Of a stretch of 64,000 bases of DNA, positions 10,689-20,044 are shown piece after piece. Source of the DNA: Escherichia coli (GTDB lineage Bacteria; Pseudomonadota; Gammaproteobacteria; Enterobacterales; Enterobacteriaceae); the NCBI RefSeq assembly GCF_044324785.1, contig NZ_CP172127.1. One strand, 5' to 3'. The translations under genes were made by a program, and so were the position numbers. The first letter of the stretch is position 1. Each line of letters starts with the position of its first letter. The notes under the pieces are model-generated. The model did not search any database, was not told the DNA's origin, and saw nothing but the letters and a program-made list of their open reading frames with translations.

Positions 10689-10868
10689 GGGAAATCCGTA
10701 GTTTTTGATGCCAGCCATAACGTGTTTGACTATAAAGTATTACGAAAGGACTTTAATGAGCCCCTGGAATAATTCATTAAAGTAATTTACTTCGCTATCC
10801 TTTTCCCAGTTACTCACAAAGAAAAATATTCATAAAATAATTCCCGGGCTGGCAGCCCGGGATGATTA

Positions 10869-12131
10869 CTATTTTAATGGATTGTTAATCTTTGCATATT
10901 CAAACGGGCTGATACATTGTTCTCTGTTCGCACCCAGAAAATCTGCCCACCACTGTAGCATCAGTCGACGTTCTTCCAGATGTTCTGCTTTATGGATATA
11001 TGCAGCACGTACACCATTACGCTCCTGATGGCTCATCTGACGTTCCACAGCATCGCGGGACCACAAACCTGATTCAATCAATGCACTGCACGCCATCGCC
11101 CGGAATCCATGACCACAGACTTCCTGGGTTGTGTCATATCCCATCACCCTCAGGGCTTTATTTACAGTATTTTCACTGATCGGTTTACGCGGGTCATGTG
11201 CTCCCGTAAAGATCAGACCATTTTCACCAGCCCATGTCTGTAGTTCTGTCAGTATGGCTACAGCCTGTTTGCTGAGTGGCACAAGATGTGGTGTTCGCAT
11301 CTTGGAGCCCCGGTGTGAGTATTTTACGCCTGGCAGAGGTTCGCGTTCGGCTGGAATAGTCCACATGGCATTGTCAATATCAATTTCAGACCAGCGGGAA
11401 TATCTGAGTTCACTGGAACGAATAAAAACCAGTAAATTCAGCATAACTGCCAGTCGGGTGACAGGCTGACCTTTATAACCGTCAATACGCGACAGAAGTT
11501 CAGGCAGGCGTGAAAGATCCAGAGCAGGGCGATGCTGGCGTTTTACCGTGGTCAATGCACCAGCCATATCCAGAGCCGGGTTATATCTGATGATGCCAGA
11601 CTGTACGGCATAACGCATTACAGCAGATATTCTTTGCTGCAGACGACTGGCGATTTCATAAATTTGTTTTGCTTCTGCAGCACGAACAGGGATAAGCAGG
11701 TCCGGGGTATTGAGTGTTGTGATATCCCGGTTGCCGATAAAGGGGAAAACGTGTGTCTCGAGGCTTTTGATTACTTTATCGCTGTGTGATTGTGCCCATT
11801 GTTTATTACTGGCATGCCAGCGTCGTGCAATATGTTCAAAAGAGAGTTGTAAATCAGGGACTACTTTTTTAGCTCTTTTTTGTTCGCAAGGGTCAATCCC
11901 CTCTGAAATCAGTTTTCGGGCCTCATCCCGTTTTGTACGAGCTTCGGAGAGAGAAACTTCTGGATATACACCAAGTGCCAGAGTCTTCTCCTTACCCAGA
12001 ATACGATAACGGAGACGCCAGTAACGGGAACCATTAGGATGAACCAGCAGGAACATGCCAGCCCCGTCAGTGAGTTTATAAGCCTTGTCAGTGTGCTTTG
12101 CAGCCCGGATTTTTGCGTCAGTCAGTGCCAT
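10869..12131 (-). CDS. P4-type tyrosine integrase (CP4-like island integrase)
   Basis: 420-aa ORF; N-terminal LTDAKIRAAK..GMFLLVHPNGSRYWRLRYR arm-binding domain and C-terminal catalytic region (HGFRAM...RAAY). Confidence 0.9.
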   Translation of the reverse strand: MALTDAKIRAAKHTDKAYKLTDGAGMFLLVHPNGSRYWRLRYRILGKEKTLALGVYPEVSLSEARTKRDEARKLISEGIDPCEQKRAKKVVPDLQLSFEHIARRWHASNKQWAQSHSDKVIKSLETHVFPFIGNRDITTLNTPDLLIPVRAAEAKQIYEIASRLQQRISAVMRYAVQSGIIRYNPALDMAGALTTVKRQHRPALDLSRLPELLSRIDGYKGQPVTRLAVMLNLLVFIRSSELRYSRWSEIDIDNAMWTIPAEREPLPGVKYSHRGSKMRTPHLVPLSKQAVAILTELQTWAGENGLIFTGAHDPRKPISENTVNKALRVMGYDTTQEVCGHGFRAMACSALIESGLWSRDAVERQMSHQERNGVRAAYIHKAEHLEERRLMLQWWADFLGANREQCISPFEYAKINNPLK

Positions 12132-12295
12132 AGTTCAGCCTTCTGAATGCGTTAAAGAGGGTACAAATTCTGTCGAACTGGGGTATACCCGCAATTATAC
12201 CCACACAATGGGGTTGATGTGGGGGGAATCTGGTTGAGTTCGGTAGAATTGATTTGGAGGCAGAACGCTTAAATTGTGGCGTTCTGAAACGAAAA

Positions 12296-12317
12296 ACGGA
12301 CCTCCGTGGAGGTCCGT
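12296..12317 (-). terminator. Rho-independent terminator hairpin downstream of the tRNA-Phe 3'-end copy
   Basis: Perfect palindrome ACGGACCTCCGTGGAGGTCCGT followed on the minus strand by TTTTCGTTTC. Confidence 0.5.
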
Positions 12318-12328
12318 TGATATGAATT

Positions 12329-12347
12329 TGGTGCCCGGACTCGGAAT
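12329..12347 (-). repeat. Copy of tRNA-Phe 3' end (att core) without tRNA body
   Basis: Minus-strand ATTCCGAGTCCGGGCACCA equals the last 19 nt of E. coli tRNA-Phe; upstream sequence does not match the tRNA body. Confidence 0.65.
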
Positions 12348-12594
12348 GAAACTGGTTGTATAACAAGTTGTTTTATATTGATTGTTTTGTGTTTGTTATT
12401 TTTGAGGCCACCAATGAGGCCCCCATGTGCAATTCGAATTCTTTTGACGCTATAATCCCTCTTTCTTGTGGTTTGTTGTAATCATTTTGTCTGGTTCGAT
12501 ATGCTGAATCGCGGAATCGAAGTGACAACAAAATACAGAGATTTATAAAATACCTGGCTACCTGTGTTAGGGAGCGTTAACGCACAGATTTTGT

Positions 12595-12921
12595 TTATGG
12601 CTGCCAGAAATGATCTGATGGTTTGTCGTCTGGCTCTGCAAGTACCCTGTTGATATCCCGGGAACCATGAACGATACGTTCGATACGAACTTCAGTATCC
12701 AGTACCCTGAACAGCAGAAGGTAACGACCATACGAACAACCTCTGATCCCAGCCCCTAACTCGGGTCTTTCTCTGTAGAGTACTGGCGATTCGGCTATCA
12801 ACAGACATTGTTGGTAAAGCTCTTCGGTAAAACTGATTGCACGGACAGGATTATCCTGAGCGATCCAGTCACCTATAGCTTCAAGATCGTGTTCTGCTAA
12901 TGGTGAAACAGTCAGTTTCAT
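12595..12921 (-). CDS. parE: ParE-family type II toxin
   Basis: 108-aa ORF; ParE/RelE-like sequence; overlaps upstream antitoxin by ATGA. Confidence 0.75.
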   Translation of the reverse strand: MKLTVSPLAEHDLEAIGDWIAQDNPVRAISFTEELYQQCLLIAESPVLYRERPELGAGIRGCSYGRYLLLFRVLDTEVRIERIVHGSRDINRVLAEPDDKPSDHFWQP

Positions 12922-13181
12922 ATTGGCTGTTCACCTTCTGCCATCTTTTTGTATTTGTGCGTCAGTCGCCCGAATACCTCTTCAGCACTTTTACTTTCAC
13001 CGCTGTTGATGCCTGCGGTCACGGCGCTCTGGAGTGATTCAAGCTTTATCTGCTGTTCCCGTTCTTCCAGAGCACGAAGTCCGGCACGAATGACTTCACT
13101 TGTATTGTTGTACCGACCACTTTCTATTTGTTCGCGGATAAACGTTTCAAAGTAAGGACTGAGGGATACACTGGTAGGCAT
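12918..13181 (-). CDS. parD: ParD-family (RHH) antitoxin
   Basis: 87-aa ORF; RHH-type segment NTSEVIRAGLRALEEREQQ; overlapping stop/start with parE. Confidence 0.75.
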   Translation of the reverse strand: MPTSVSLSPYFETFIREQIESGRYNNTSEVIRAGLRALEEREQQIKLESLQSAVTAGINSGESKSAEEVFGRLTHKYKKMAEGEQPI

Positions 13182-13252
13182 GGTTATTTTCTCGCCGATT
13201 GATCACTATCAATTAATAATAGTTAATATTCGTGAATTGTAAAATACCTCTT

Positions 13253-14122
13253 TTATGCCTTGCTGCTTTTGTTCACTGTGCTTGCCAGGGCTTCCGGGTA
13301 GTGTCTGGCAATAATATCATTAAGCCTGTCAACCAGCTCTGGTTTCCTGAACGTGATGTGCGCGGAGCCCTTCTTAAAGTATCTGATGCTGAACATCTCA
13401 TCTTCATAGTCCTCTTTACCCTGAACAGACTGGATGTGATCATCCAGATGAATGGTGATGTTTTCCCGGTTGTCGGGGATCGGTTTGCCGCTGAACAGGT
13501 GTAGCATTCTTTCCAGATCGGCAAGTCGATCTGCCTGTGGGCCGTTGTTCAGATGAAACCCCCACCGGTCCCACCTCACCAGGTTGTTGACGATAATTTT
13601 ACTGCCAAATTTGCAGGGGCAATTGGTTTTGTAATTCCAGCTCAGTCCCCTGAAGACGTTGATCACCCCTCGCTCAAACACCTCATCCTTATTCTGGTGC
13701 AGTTGTTCAAATGTGCTCAGAATGTTCGCTTCGCAGATTTCCGGAAAATTATCGTACTCCAGTGACCGGTACCATGTATCACGGGCTTGTGCATCCATTA
13801 ATGACAGCATCCCTGAACGTTGCATCAGGTCACGCCAGAGTTCGCGATCGAGATTCCGGGTGATGGCTTTCATTGCGGTTTCCGGTTTCTCCATCAGCCA
13901 GCAACCGCAGCGAAAATCCTGTTTCATGGCCCAGTCCCGGGCGGTTTTACCTCCAATACTTTCTGTCATTGCTGATATTTCAGCCAGTTGCCGGATAAGT
14001 GTGTCGATTTGCAGCAGTGTACTCTTTCGTACAGCCAGAATGTGGCGGATACTGGTTGAGCAAATAACGTCCGTATGCCCGGTGACCACTTCCGGACGGG
14101 AGGCTGTGATATCTGACATCAT
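13253..14122 (-). CDS. Hypothetical protein (DUF4942-like, as often found next to cbtA/cbeA)
   Basis: 289-aa ORF; family name recalled from context, not verified. Confidence 0.4.
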   Translation of the reverse strand: MMSDITASRPEVVTGHTDVICSTSIRHILAVRKSTLLQIDTLIRQLAEISAMTESIGGKTARDWAMKQDFRCGCWLMEKPETAMKAITRNLDRELWRDLMQRSGMLSLMDAQARDTWYRSLEYDNFPEICEANILSTFEQLHQNKDEVFERGVINVFRGLSWNYKTNCPCKFGSKIIVNNLVRWDRWGFHLNNGPQADRLADLERMLHLFSGKPIPDNRENITIHLDDHIQSVQGKEDYEDEMFSIRYFKKGSAHITFRKPELVDRLNDIIARHYPEALASTVNKSSKA

Positions 14123-14203
14123 CGTTTTTCCTTTTGGTTTATAAACGAAAACGCCAGCTGTATTCAGGCTGGCGTCAGGGGAATGAAGTATGGTGAGTGA
14201 TAT

Positions 14204-14401
14204 TCACCGGTTCTGGTGCAGAAGCTGCAGTTGGCGCAGGGTACGGATATCTTCCCTGGCCTGTTCAATGCAGGGCAGCAGTGCTGTCGAATCCGTTTTA
14301 TCCTCATCGTTGTCAAAGATAATTTCCGATTCGCAGTCAATATTGTCCTGCAGCCACGCAATCAGAATATCCAGCGCTGTTTCCGTGGTTAATGATTTCA
14401 T
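14204..14401 (-). CDS. Small acidic hypothetical protein (DUF957-like)
   Basis: Likely start MKSLTTETALDILIAWLQDN inside track ORF 14204-14446. Confidence 0.4.
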   Translation of the reverse strand: MKSLTTETALDILIAWLQDNIDCESEIIFDNDEDKTDSTALLPCIEQAREDIRTLRQLQLLHQNR

Positions 14402-14412
14402 GTTGTTCCAGG

Positions 14413-14901
14413 TTACCAGTTGAAAGTGGGTAAACCCGGCAGGCATTCAGCGCTGGCATCCAGATGAATGAGACTGACGCCATAACGTCGGGTAAGTGTG
14501 ACAACCAGACGGCGGAACGTTTTTGACAGGCCCAGGCGCTTAAGCCGCAAAACCGGGTATGACCACGCATCGGTACGTAACAGATATCCGCTACCTGTGA
14601 AATGAATCCATTCTGATTCGCCGGTGTCATTCGTCTGATGTGACAGCGAGTACAACCAGGCATTGTCCGTTTCCGTGATATGTGCGGTACTGCAGCGTAT
14701 GCCGGTAAGGGCCGCAGATGGTGGCGTGCGCTCTGCTGATGCCCGGTCAGATTCATCAACAACACGAAGGGAGTAACCGTTATCGCAGACCACGTTAATC
14801 AGTTCAGCGAGAGTAACACCATCGACGTCAACGACAATGCGCCCCATGTTCAGTGCCTGCACGTTAATGCTGTCGGCTTCCAGCGTCAGGGCCAGTTTCA
14901 T
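14413..14901 (-). CDS. Hypothetical protein downstream of cbtA (YeeW-region protein)
   Basis: 162-aa ORF immediately 3' of the toxin gene; position-based call. Confidence 0.45.
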   Translation of the reverse strand: MKLALTLEADSINVQALNMGRIVVDVDGVTLAELINVVCDNGYSLRVVDESDRASAERTPPSAALTGIRCSTAHITETDNAWLYSLSHQTNDTGESEWIHFTGSGYLLRTDAWSYPVLRLKRLGLSKTFRRLVVTLTRRYGVSLIHLDASAECLPGLPTFNW

Positions 14902-15275
14902 TGTTTCGCCCCCGGATGTTTACCCAGGGTAATGTTATTTACCGTTCTGTAATTTTCGCGGGCCATCAGGCCGGTTGCCCGGCGTGCCCGGAGGATATCA
15001 ATACTGTTTATTAACTGAGAACGGGTACAGGCGCTGAATCCCGGCTGGTCGGTACGTACCAGCGCGTATTTTTCAACGAGAAAGTTCACCGCATCACACA
15101 GTGAAATGCCCGCTTCAATATGCTGCTCAATCACACGTTCATCAGCGAACGGTGTGTCATTCAGCGCGAGGCCGTAGTGCTGGTCCAGTAACCGGGTGAG
15201 CAGTGTCTGCCAGATGGTGACGGGAGACGGGCAGCACGATGCCTCCCGTACATGCGTGTCGGGTAATGTTTTCAT
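14898..15275 (-). CDS. cbtA: CbtA/YeeV-family type IV toxin
   Basis: Start MKTLPDTHVREASCCPSPVTIWQTLLTRLLDQHYGL...; strong resemblance to YeeV/YkfI/YpjF. Confidence 0.8.
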   Translation of the reverse strand: MKTLPDTHVREASCCPSPVTIWQTLLTRLLDQHYGLALNDTPFADERVIEQHIEAGISLCDAVNFLVEKYALVRTDQPGFSACTRSQLINSIDILRARRATGLMARENYRTVNNITLGKHPGAKQ

Positions 15276-15364
15276 AATGAAGATTTTCCTGATATGCAGA
15301 GATAAAAAATGGGACAGTGGCGTGGTGAAAGCACCAGGCCGGAGCAGAAGGTTATTCTGGAGAG

Positions 15365-15733
15365 TTACTTTTTCGTTTCGGGCGTCGGATAAACAGCCAT
15401 ATAAACGTAGCCACAACTGCCGAGGGTGTCGGCTTCGCAGGTCAGCCCTTTTGCATACAGTGTCACGGTATGCTGATGGCGGGGATTCAGTTCACCGCTG
15501 GTGAGCATGAGTTCCAGTTGTTTCATCAGCAGCGGAAAGGCCTGGTCCAGGTGGTACGAATCCGCGTCGCTGAACCGCCCTCTAATACAGGCGCGGTCGG
15601 CAAGGTAATGCAACCGGTTGCCTTCCTGTACCAGACGGGCACCAAAACAGGGCGTCACGGTGCAGGGCAGTCCCCACCAGGTGCGGTCGTTATTGTCGTC
15701 GGGAAGCGTTGTCCCGGGGAGTGTGTCTGACAC
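15365..15733 (-). CDS. cbeA: CbeA/YeeU-family antitoxin
   Basis: MSDTLPGTTLPDDNNDRTWWGLPCTVTPCFGARLVQEGNRLHYLADRA... matches YeeU/YfjZ/YafW. Confidence 0.85.
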   Translation of the reverse strand: MSDTLPGTTLPDDNNDRTWWGLPCTVTPCFGARLVQEGNRLHYLADRACIRGRFSDADSYHLDQAFPLLMKQLELMLTSGELNPRHQHTVTLYAKGLTCEADTLGSCGYVYMAVYPTPETKK

Positions 15734-15812
15734 GATAAAATCCTCACAGAAAATTGGTTAAGAATGGTCCGGTGGTGGCGATAATTCTGCTCTTCTGAAT
15801 GCCCTTCCAGAC

Positions 15813-16034
15813 TCAGTTCAGGGTGACGCTCATCAGCCGGACATACGGACCAAAACTGTCCTTCCGGCGTTCTGCAAACACAGCCAGCACACCGGGAATA
15901 TCCTGTACTTCACGGCCGGTATATGTATCCGTGCTACCGTGTCAGCGGTATTTACCGGTACAGAACGGAAAAAGACGGGATGCAGGATGCTGACGGTGAA
16001 TACGCATGGCTTCACCACGGGTGATGATTTTCAT
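15813..16034 (-). pseudogene. YeeT/YpjJ-like (DUF987) gene with in-frame TGA at codon 31
   Basis: MKIITRGEAMRIHRQHPASRLFPFCTGKYR*HGSTDTYTGREVQDIPGVLAVFAERRKDSFGPYVRLMSVTLN; TGA at 15942-15944 where homologs have Trp. Confidence 0.7.
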
Positions 16035-16120
16035 GAGAATAGTCCTCCTGAATGTGAAAGTAAGAAACAGCTGAGAAAGAGAAACTGAAGTGATATGAAG
16101 GTGATTGTGACGGTGACGGG

Positions 16121-16597
16121 TTAAAGCAGACCGTGTTCCGCAAAGGAGAAAACCTGGCTGCCACCGATTATCAGATGGTCCGGTACCCGGATATCCACCA
16201 GGGCCAGTGCCTGTACCAGACGCTCGGTGATAAGGCGGTCTGCCTTGCTGGGGATGACTTCACCGGACGGGTGATTGTGCGCCAGCACCACGGCAGCGGC
16301 ATTGTGGTACAGGGCGCGTTTAATCACCTCCCGGGGATGGACTTCTGTGCGGTTGATGGTGCCAGTGAAGAGGGTTTCACCGGTAATCAGCTGATTCTGG
16401 TTATTCAGATACAGCACCCGGAATTCTTCACGCTCCAGTCCCGCCATGTTCAGAATCAGCCATTCCCGTGCCGCATGCGTGGAGGTGAAGGCCACGCCGG
16501 GTTCATGAAGATGGCGGTCCAGGGCTTTCAGGGCCCGCTGAATGAGGCTGCGCTCGCCGGGTGTCATCTCTCCGGGCAGAAAGGAAAGCTGCTGCAT
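16121..16597 (-). CDS. RadC-like JAB-domain protein (YeeS/YfjY family)
   Basis: HNHPSGEVIPSKADRLITERL JAB/MPN motif; track ORF 16121-16612, start probably MQQLSF. Confidence 0.8.
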   Translation of the reverse strand: MQQLSFLPGEMTPGERSLIQRALKALDRHLHEPGVAFTSTHAAREWLILNMAGLEREEFRVLYLNNQNQLITGETLFTGTINRTEVHPREVIKRALYHNAAAVVLAHNHPSGEVIPSKADRLITERLVQALALVDIRVPDHLIIGGSQVFSFAEHGLL

Positions 16598-16612
16598 TGT
16601 CCCTGCCTCCAT

Positions 16613-17098
16613 TCAGTCGATGATGCGCATAATGGCGCTGCATTCCGGATGCTGCAGGGCATAATCCCGCAGCCGGTAATAATGAACCGTCATGGCATAA
16701 TTCTCTGTACGACAGGCGTGATGGCTGTACGCCATCAGACAGGCGGCAATGCCGGCGGCTTCCGGGCTCATTTCAGCGCGGTTACCGTTCATGACGTTAA
16801 ACAGCACCCATGTTTCGTCATCATCGTCATCCGGTTCAGGTGCCATAAATGCGCCACCGTTGTTCAGGGTGTACAGATTCCAGATGCCCCCGCAGTAGTC
16901 TTCGCACAGACGGTCCATCCAGCCGAAGACACGGGGCTCCAGGGTCACCCACTGTGGAATGAGGCCAAAATGCTGCGGCCAGAAGCTGATGCGCTGTTCA
17001 TCAGGGACGGGAGTGGCAACCAGTTGAGACTGGTTATTCCCTGATGCAGTAGTTACGGAAACAGAAGGTGTGGTGGAGCTATGCGAAAAGGTTGTCAT
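16613..17098 (-). CDS. Antirestriction protein (ArdB/KlcA-like, YfjX/YafX family)
   Basis: 161-aa ORF with conserved core FWPQHFGLIPQWVTLEPRVFGWMDRLCEDYCGGIWNLYTL. Confidence 0.75.
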   Translation of the reverse strand: MTTFSHSSTTPSVSVTTASGNNQSQLVATPVPDEQRISFWPQHFGLIPQWVTLEPRVFGWMDRLCEDYCGGIWNLYTLNNGGAFMAPEPDDDDDETWVLFNVMNGNRAEMSPEAAGIAACLMAYSHHACRTENYAMTVHYYRLRDYALQHPECSAIMRIID

Positions 17099-17189
17099 GA
17101 GATGATTCCTTATAAAAAGTAAATGAATGGAAGAATGCCTGGGGACTGGTACAGACGTGAGTCAGGGCTGCACTTTCAGGGAAACAGCA

Positions 17190-18008
17190 TCAGCGCATGC
17201 TCTCCAGCAGCGTTTCTGCCATCACCCACAACGCCCGGTTGAGCTTAATGTCGGTATCGATGCTGTGAATGGCCCGGGTATGGATACGTTTTCCTCTGGC
17301 ACTGCGACCGGAAATCCCGCCTTTCAGCATATTTTCCTGGATGGTCTGATAAGCACTCCACAGGTCCTTACCGTAATCCTCCCGGCGTCGTGGCGTCAGA
17401 ATGTCGGTAGTGGTGACGGGCTGATGTTCATCACCATAACGGTAAGTCAGCGCCGCCTGTGCCAGCGCCTGGCGTGCCGGTGGCGGCAGGACCAGCGACT
17501 GCATGGCATCACGCTTTTCCTCAATCCGGTCAAACACGCCCACCACTTCGTAAGCACCTTCAATCACCCTGTCCACCACGTTTCCCCGGTGGGGCACCCG
17601 GACTTCTCCCAGCGACTGACCGCAGACCAAGCCATTGGTGCAGATGGCACGAAAATATCCGGGTAACATCTGATAGCTGGATGAACCGTCATGGGAGTTG
17701 AGCAGAATAATTTCAGGCACATGCTGACCGGTTATCTGTCCGGCCCGCCGCAGACGCAGCATATGTTTGGTATATTCCCGGCGGCTCTGGTCGCGCACAC
17801 GGGTCTGGCAGGCGAAGAACGGCTGAAAGCCTTCCCGCTGCAGATTTTCCAGGACGGTGATGGTGGGAATGTACGCATACCGTTCACTGCGGGAGGTGTG
17901 CCGGTCTTCTCCAAAAATACTCGGGACGTGGTACATCAGTTCTTCGCGTGTCAGTGGGCGCTCCCGACGGATCTGATTTACATGACCAAAACGACTGGCT
18001 AATTGCAT
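17190..18008 (-). CDS. DUF932-family protein (YfjQ/YafZ-like)
   Basis: 272-aa ORF in the position between the regulator block and the antirestriction gene; family recalled by eye. Confidence 0.6.
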   Translation of the reverse strand: MQLASRFGHVNQIRRERPLTREELMYHVPSIFGEDRHTSRSERYAYIPTITVLENLQREGFQPFFACQTRVRDQSRREYTKHMLRLRRAGQITGQHVPEIILLNSHDGSSSYQMLPGYFRAICTNGLVCGQSLGEVRVPHRGNVVDRVIEGAYEVVGVFDRIEEKRDAMQSLVLPPPARQALAQAALTYRYGDEHQPVTTTDILTPRRREDYGKDLWSAYQTIQENMLKGGISGRSARGKRIHTRAIHSIDTDIKLNRALWVMAETLLESMR

Positions 18009-18097
18009 ACTTTGCTCCTTATGAATGAATTAGCGGTATAAACGAAAAGGCCGCGTCTCCCGGAGAAGACGCGGCCTGATGGATGAAATGAAGACGT

Positions 18098-18331
18098 TTA
18101 TTGCCTGAGAATTCCCTCACTGGCGAGATACGAATTTAGCTGTTTTCCGGCATCAGGTTCAAAATTCCAGCACCGCCAGCGTAGCTGCCCTTCGGCATTG
18201 CGGATAACCAGCCGGAAATGCGTTCCCTGGTCATCTTCAATAAGCACATTGCGGTAAGCTGTTGTGACGGCAACCGCCTGTTCGCGTGAGAAAGGGCCTT
18301 CGGGCAATAAAACAGGGTGGCAGTCCGACAT
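18098..18331 (-). CDS. Small DUF905-like protein (YkfF-like)
   Basis: 77-aa [31 protein letters not shown]...WNFE pattern. Confidence 0.45.
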   Translation of the reverse strand: MSDCHPVLLPEGPFSREQAVAVTTAYRNVLIEDDQGTHFRLVIRNAEGQLRWRCWNFEPDAGKQLNSYLASEGILRQ

Positions 18332-18336
18332 ACCGG

Positions 18337-19014
18337 CTATTTTCCGATAAATTCAACGCTGGCGCCGGTGGCATTACCGTCAGCACCAACCGTGACGGTC
18401 ACTTTGTCGTACGCACGGTCTTCAGGATTGAATACTTCAAACTCAACCTTATTGCCTTTTACTTCGTAAGAGCCAAAATCAGCGGTTTCTGTTGTTTCCT
18501 CGTCATATTCCCGGGCGTATGCCTGCCGGGCAGCCTGCAGGACGGAATCTTTATTAATAGTGGTCGTCTGTTTCGGGGAAAAACCGGCAAGTGATGTGAC
18601 AAATTTCGGACAGACCTTCAGCATATCACCGCGGGTGAATTCCATTCGTACACCAAATGCCTGTAAAACGGACACATCACGCTCTGCTATGGAGTGAACG
18701 GCTTTTTTGACCATTTCCGGCGCCTGTCCGATTTCCACCTCAACAGCCCTGAATCCCGTCTGCTGATTACACATTTGTGATGTGGGGATCAGGTTACCGT
18801 TAATACTGATACGGCTGCCCAGGAGCGTCTGTACGCCATTCGGGCATCCCTGCATCAGGCCGGTAATACCAATCGTGCCATTTTTCAGCATTACCAGCGC
18901 CTGACCATCTTCCGTCATGGTCTGACACCAGCCGTTTTTGACAGCCCAGTTGCCGGCGGAGGCGGAGAATGATGCCACAGTGAACAGCAGGGGAAAAAGA
19001 GCTCTGGTATTCAT
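18337..19014 (-). CDS. Secreted protein or lipoprotein, YafY/YfjS-like
   Basis: Start [20 protein letters not shown] is a signal peptide; track ORF 18337-19119. Confidence 0.5.
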   Translation of the reverse strand: MNTRALFPLLFTVASFSASAGNWAVKNGWCQTMTEDGQALVMLKNGTIGITGLMQGCPNGVQTLLGSRISINGNLIPTSQMCNQQTGFRAVEVEIGQAPEMVKKAVHSIAERDVSVLQAFGVRMEFTRGDMLKVCPKFVTSLAGFSPKQTTTINKDSVLQAARQAYAREYDEETTETADFGSYEVKGNKVEFEVFNPEDRAYDKVTVTVGADGNATGASVEFIGK

Positions 19015-19161
19015 GACTGACCTCTGAAATGAACGTACGGTGTTATTGATAATGATGGAAGGTATGCAGTGACTGTTCAGGGAATGACGTAGCCGTATAT
19101 TTAGTTTTCTGTTCAACATATTGTCTCCATACCTGTCGGGACGGCTTTGGCAGGCCGGCGA

Positions 19162-19842
19162 TCACAGGTTAAAGGTGTTGATAAGTTTATGGATGAAAGA
19201 GAAATGTGGCAGGGCGGAGATAAAACGCTCTTCAGCGACCAGACTGTGGATGTGGCCTCTCCGTTCAAACCGTTCTGATGTCAGGCTGACTGATTTGATA
19301 TCTGCCAGAGGAAAGACCTGCAGTTTTCCCTTCTGTAACGCGATCAGATACCAGCTACCGCTGTAATAAATGAGCCGGCAGGGCTCCAGTGACGGATACC
19401 ATCGCTCAGTCATCAGAGAGATGTGGATACACTGTCTTATTGCCAGGATGAGTTGCGAGAAACACTCGGGGAACGTTGCAGTGATATCCGGCGCCGGTAG
19501 CCAGATAAGGCAGGGAGAGGGCTCCTGGTTGTCGGTAAGACAGGTTATCAGTCGTCCGTTCCGGAGCGGAAGTATCCGTGCGATCCCGGTATTCTGTATA
19601 AAAGAAAGCATTTCAGGGATCGCACCCGGGCTGCTCTGTCGTCTGAGGCTGTACCTGCCATTTCTGTACTCTAAATCCAGGTGAACCAGACGCTGATGAA
19701 AATCGCGCTGTAAAGTACGTTCTGTAACGCCAAATTCATCTGACAGTGTTTTTAGTGACAGAGATTCTCCGGCCATCAGTCGGCTGATAATGAGTGATAA
19801 GCGAACCGCCAGGCGATCATGCCGGGAACGATTATCAGACAT
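19162..19842 (-). CDS. YfjR-like transcriptional regulator (HTH plus WYL-like)
   Basis: 226-aa ORF; N-terminal HTH LSLKTLSDEFGVTERTLQRDF. Confidence 0.6.
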   Translation of the reverse strand: MSDNRSRHDRLAVRLSLIISRLMAGESLSLKTLSDEFGVTERTLQRDFHQRLVHLDLEYRNGRYSLRRQSSPGAIPEMLSFIQNTGIARILPLRNGRLITCLTDNQEPSPCLIWLPAPDITATFPECFSQLILAIRQCIHISLMTERWYPSLEPCRLIYYSGSWYLIALQKGKLQVFPLADIKSVSLTSERFERRGHIHSLVAEERFISALPHFSFIHKLINTFNL

Positions 19843-20044
19843 AGATGTGCACTCCGTAAGAAAACATCTTTTATTTCATGATGTTATTATGCATCATGAT
19901 GTTGAAAGGATGTGTCGCATCCGGATAATCAGGAATAAAATGCAGCAGAAAAAATATTCTTTTAATTATCTGATTTTTAAGCATGATTTCATAAAAAGAA
20001 GAATGCTCGTTAATGCAGCGACACATCCTGTCGGCGTGAGTGTG

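Noticed and set aside
12329-12347. tRNA-Phe gene
   Set aside because: Only the terminal 19 nt of the tRNA are present; the upstream sequence does not match the acceptor, D or anticodon arms, so it is an att repeat and not a gene.
16133-17044. 303-aa ORF on the plus strand
   Set aside because: It runs antisense across the well-supported RadC-like and antirestriction genes and has no recognisable features; GC-rich antisense frame.
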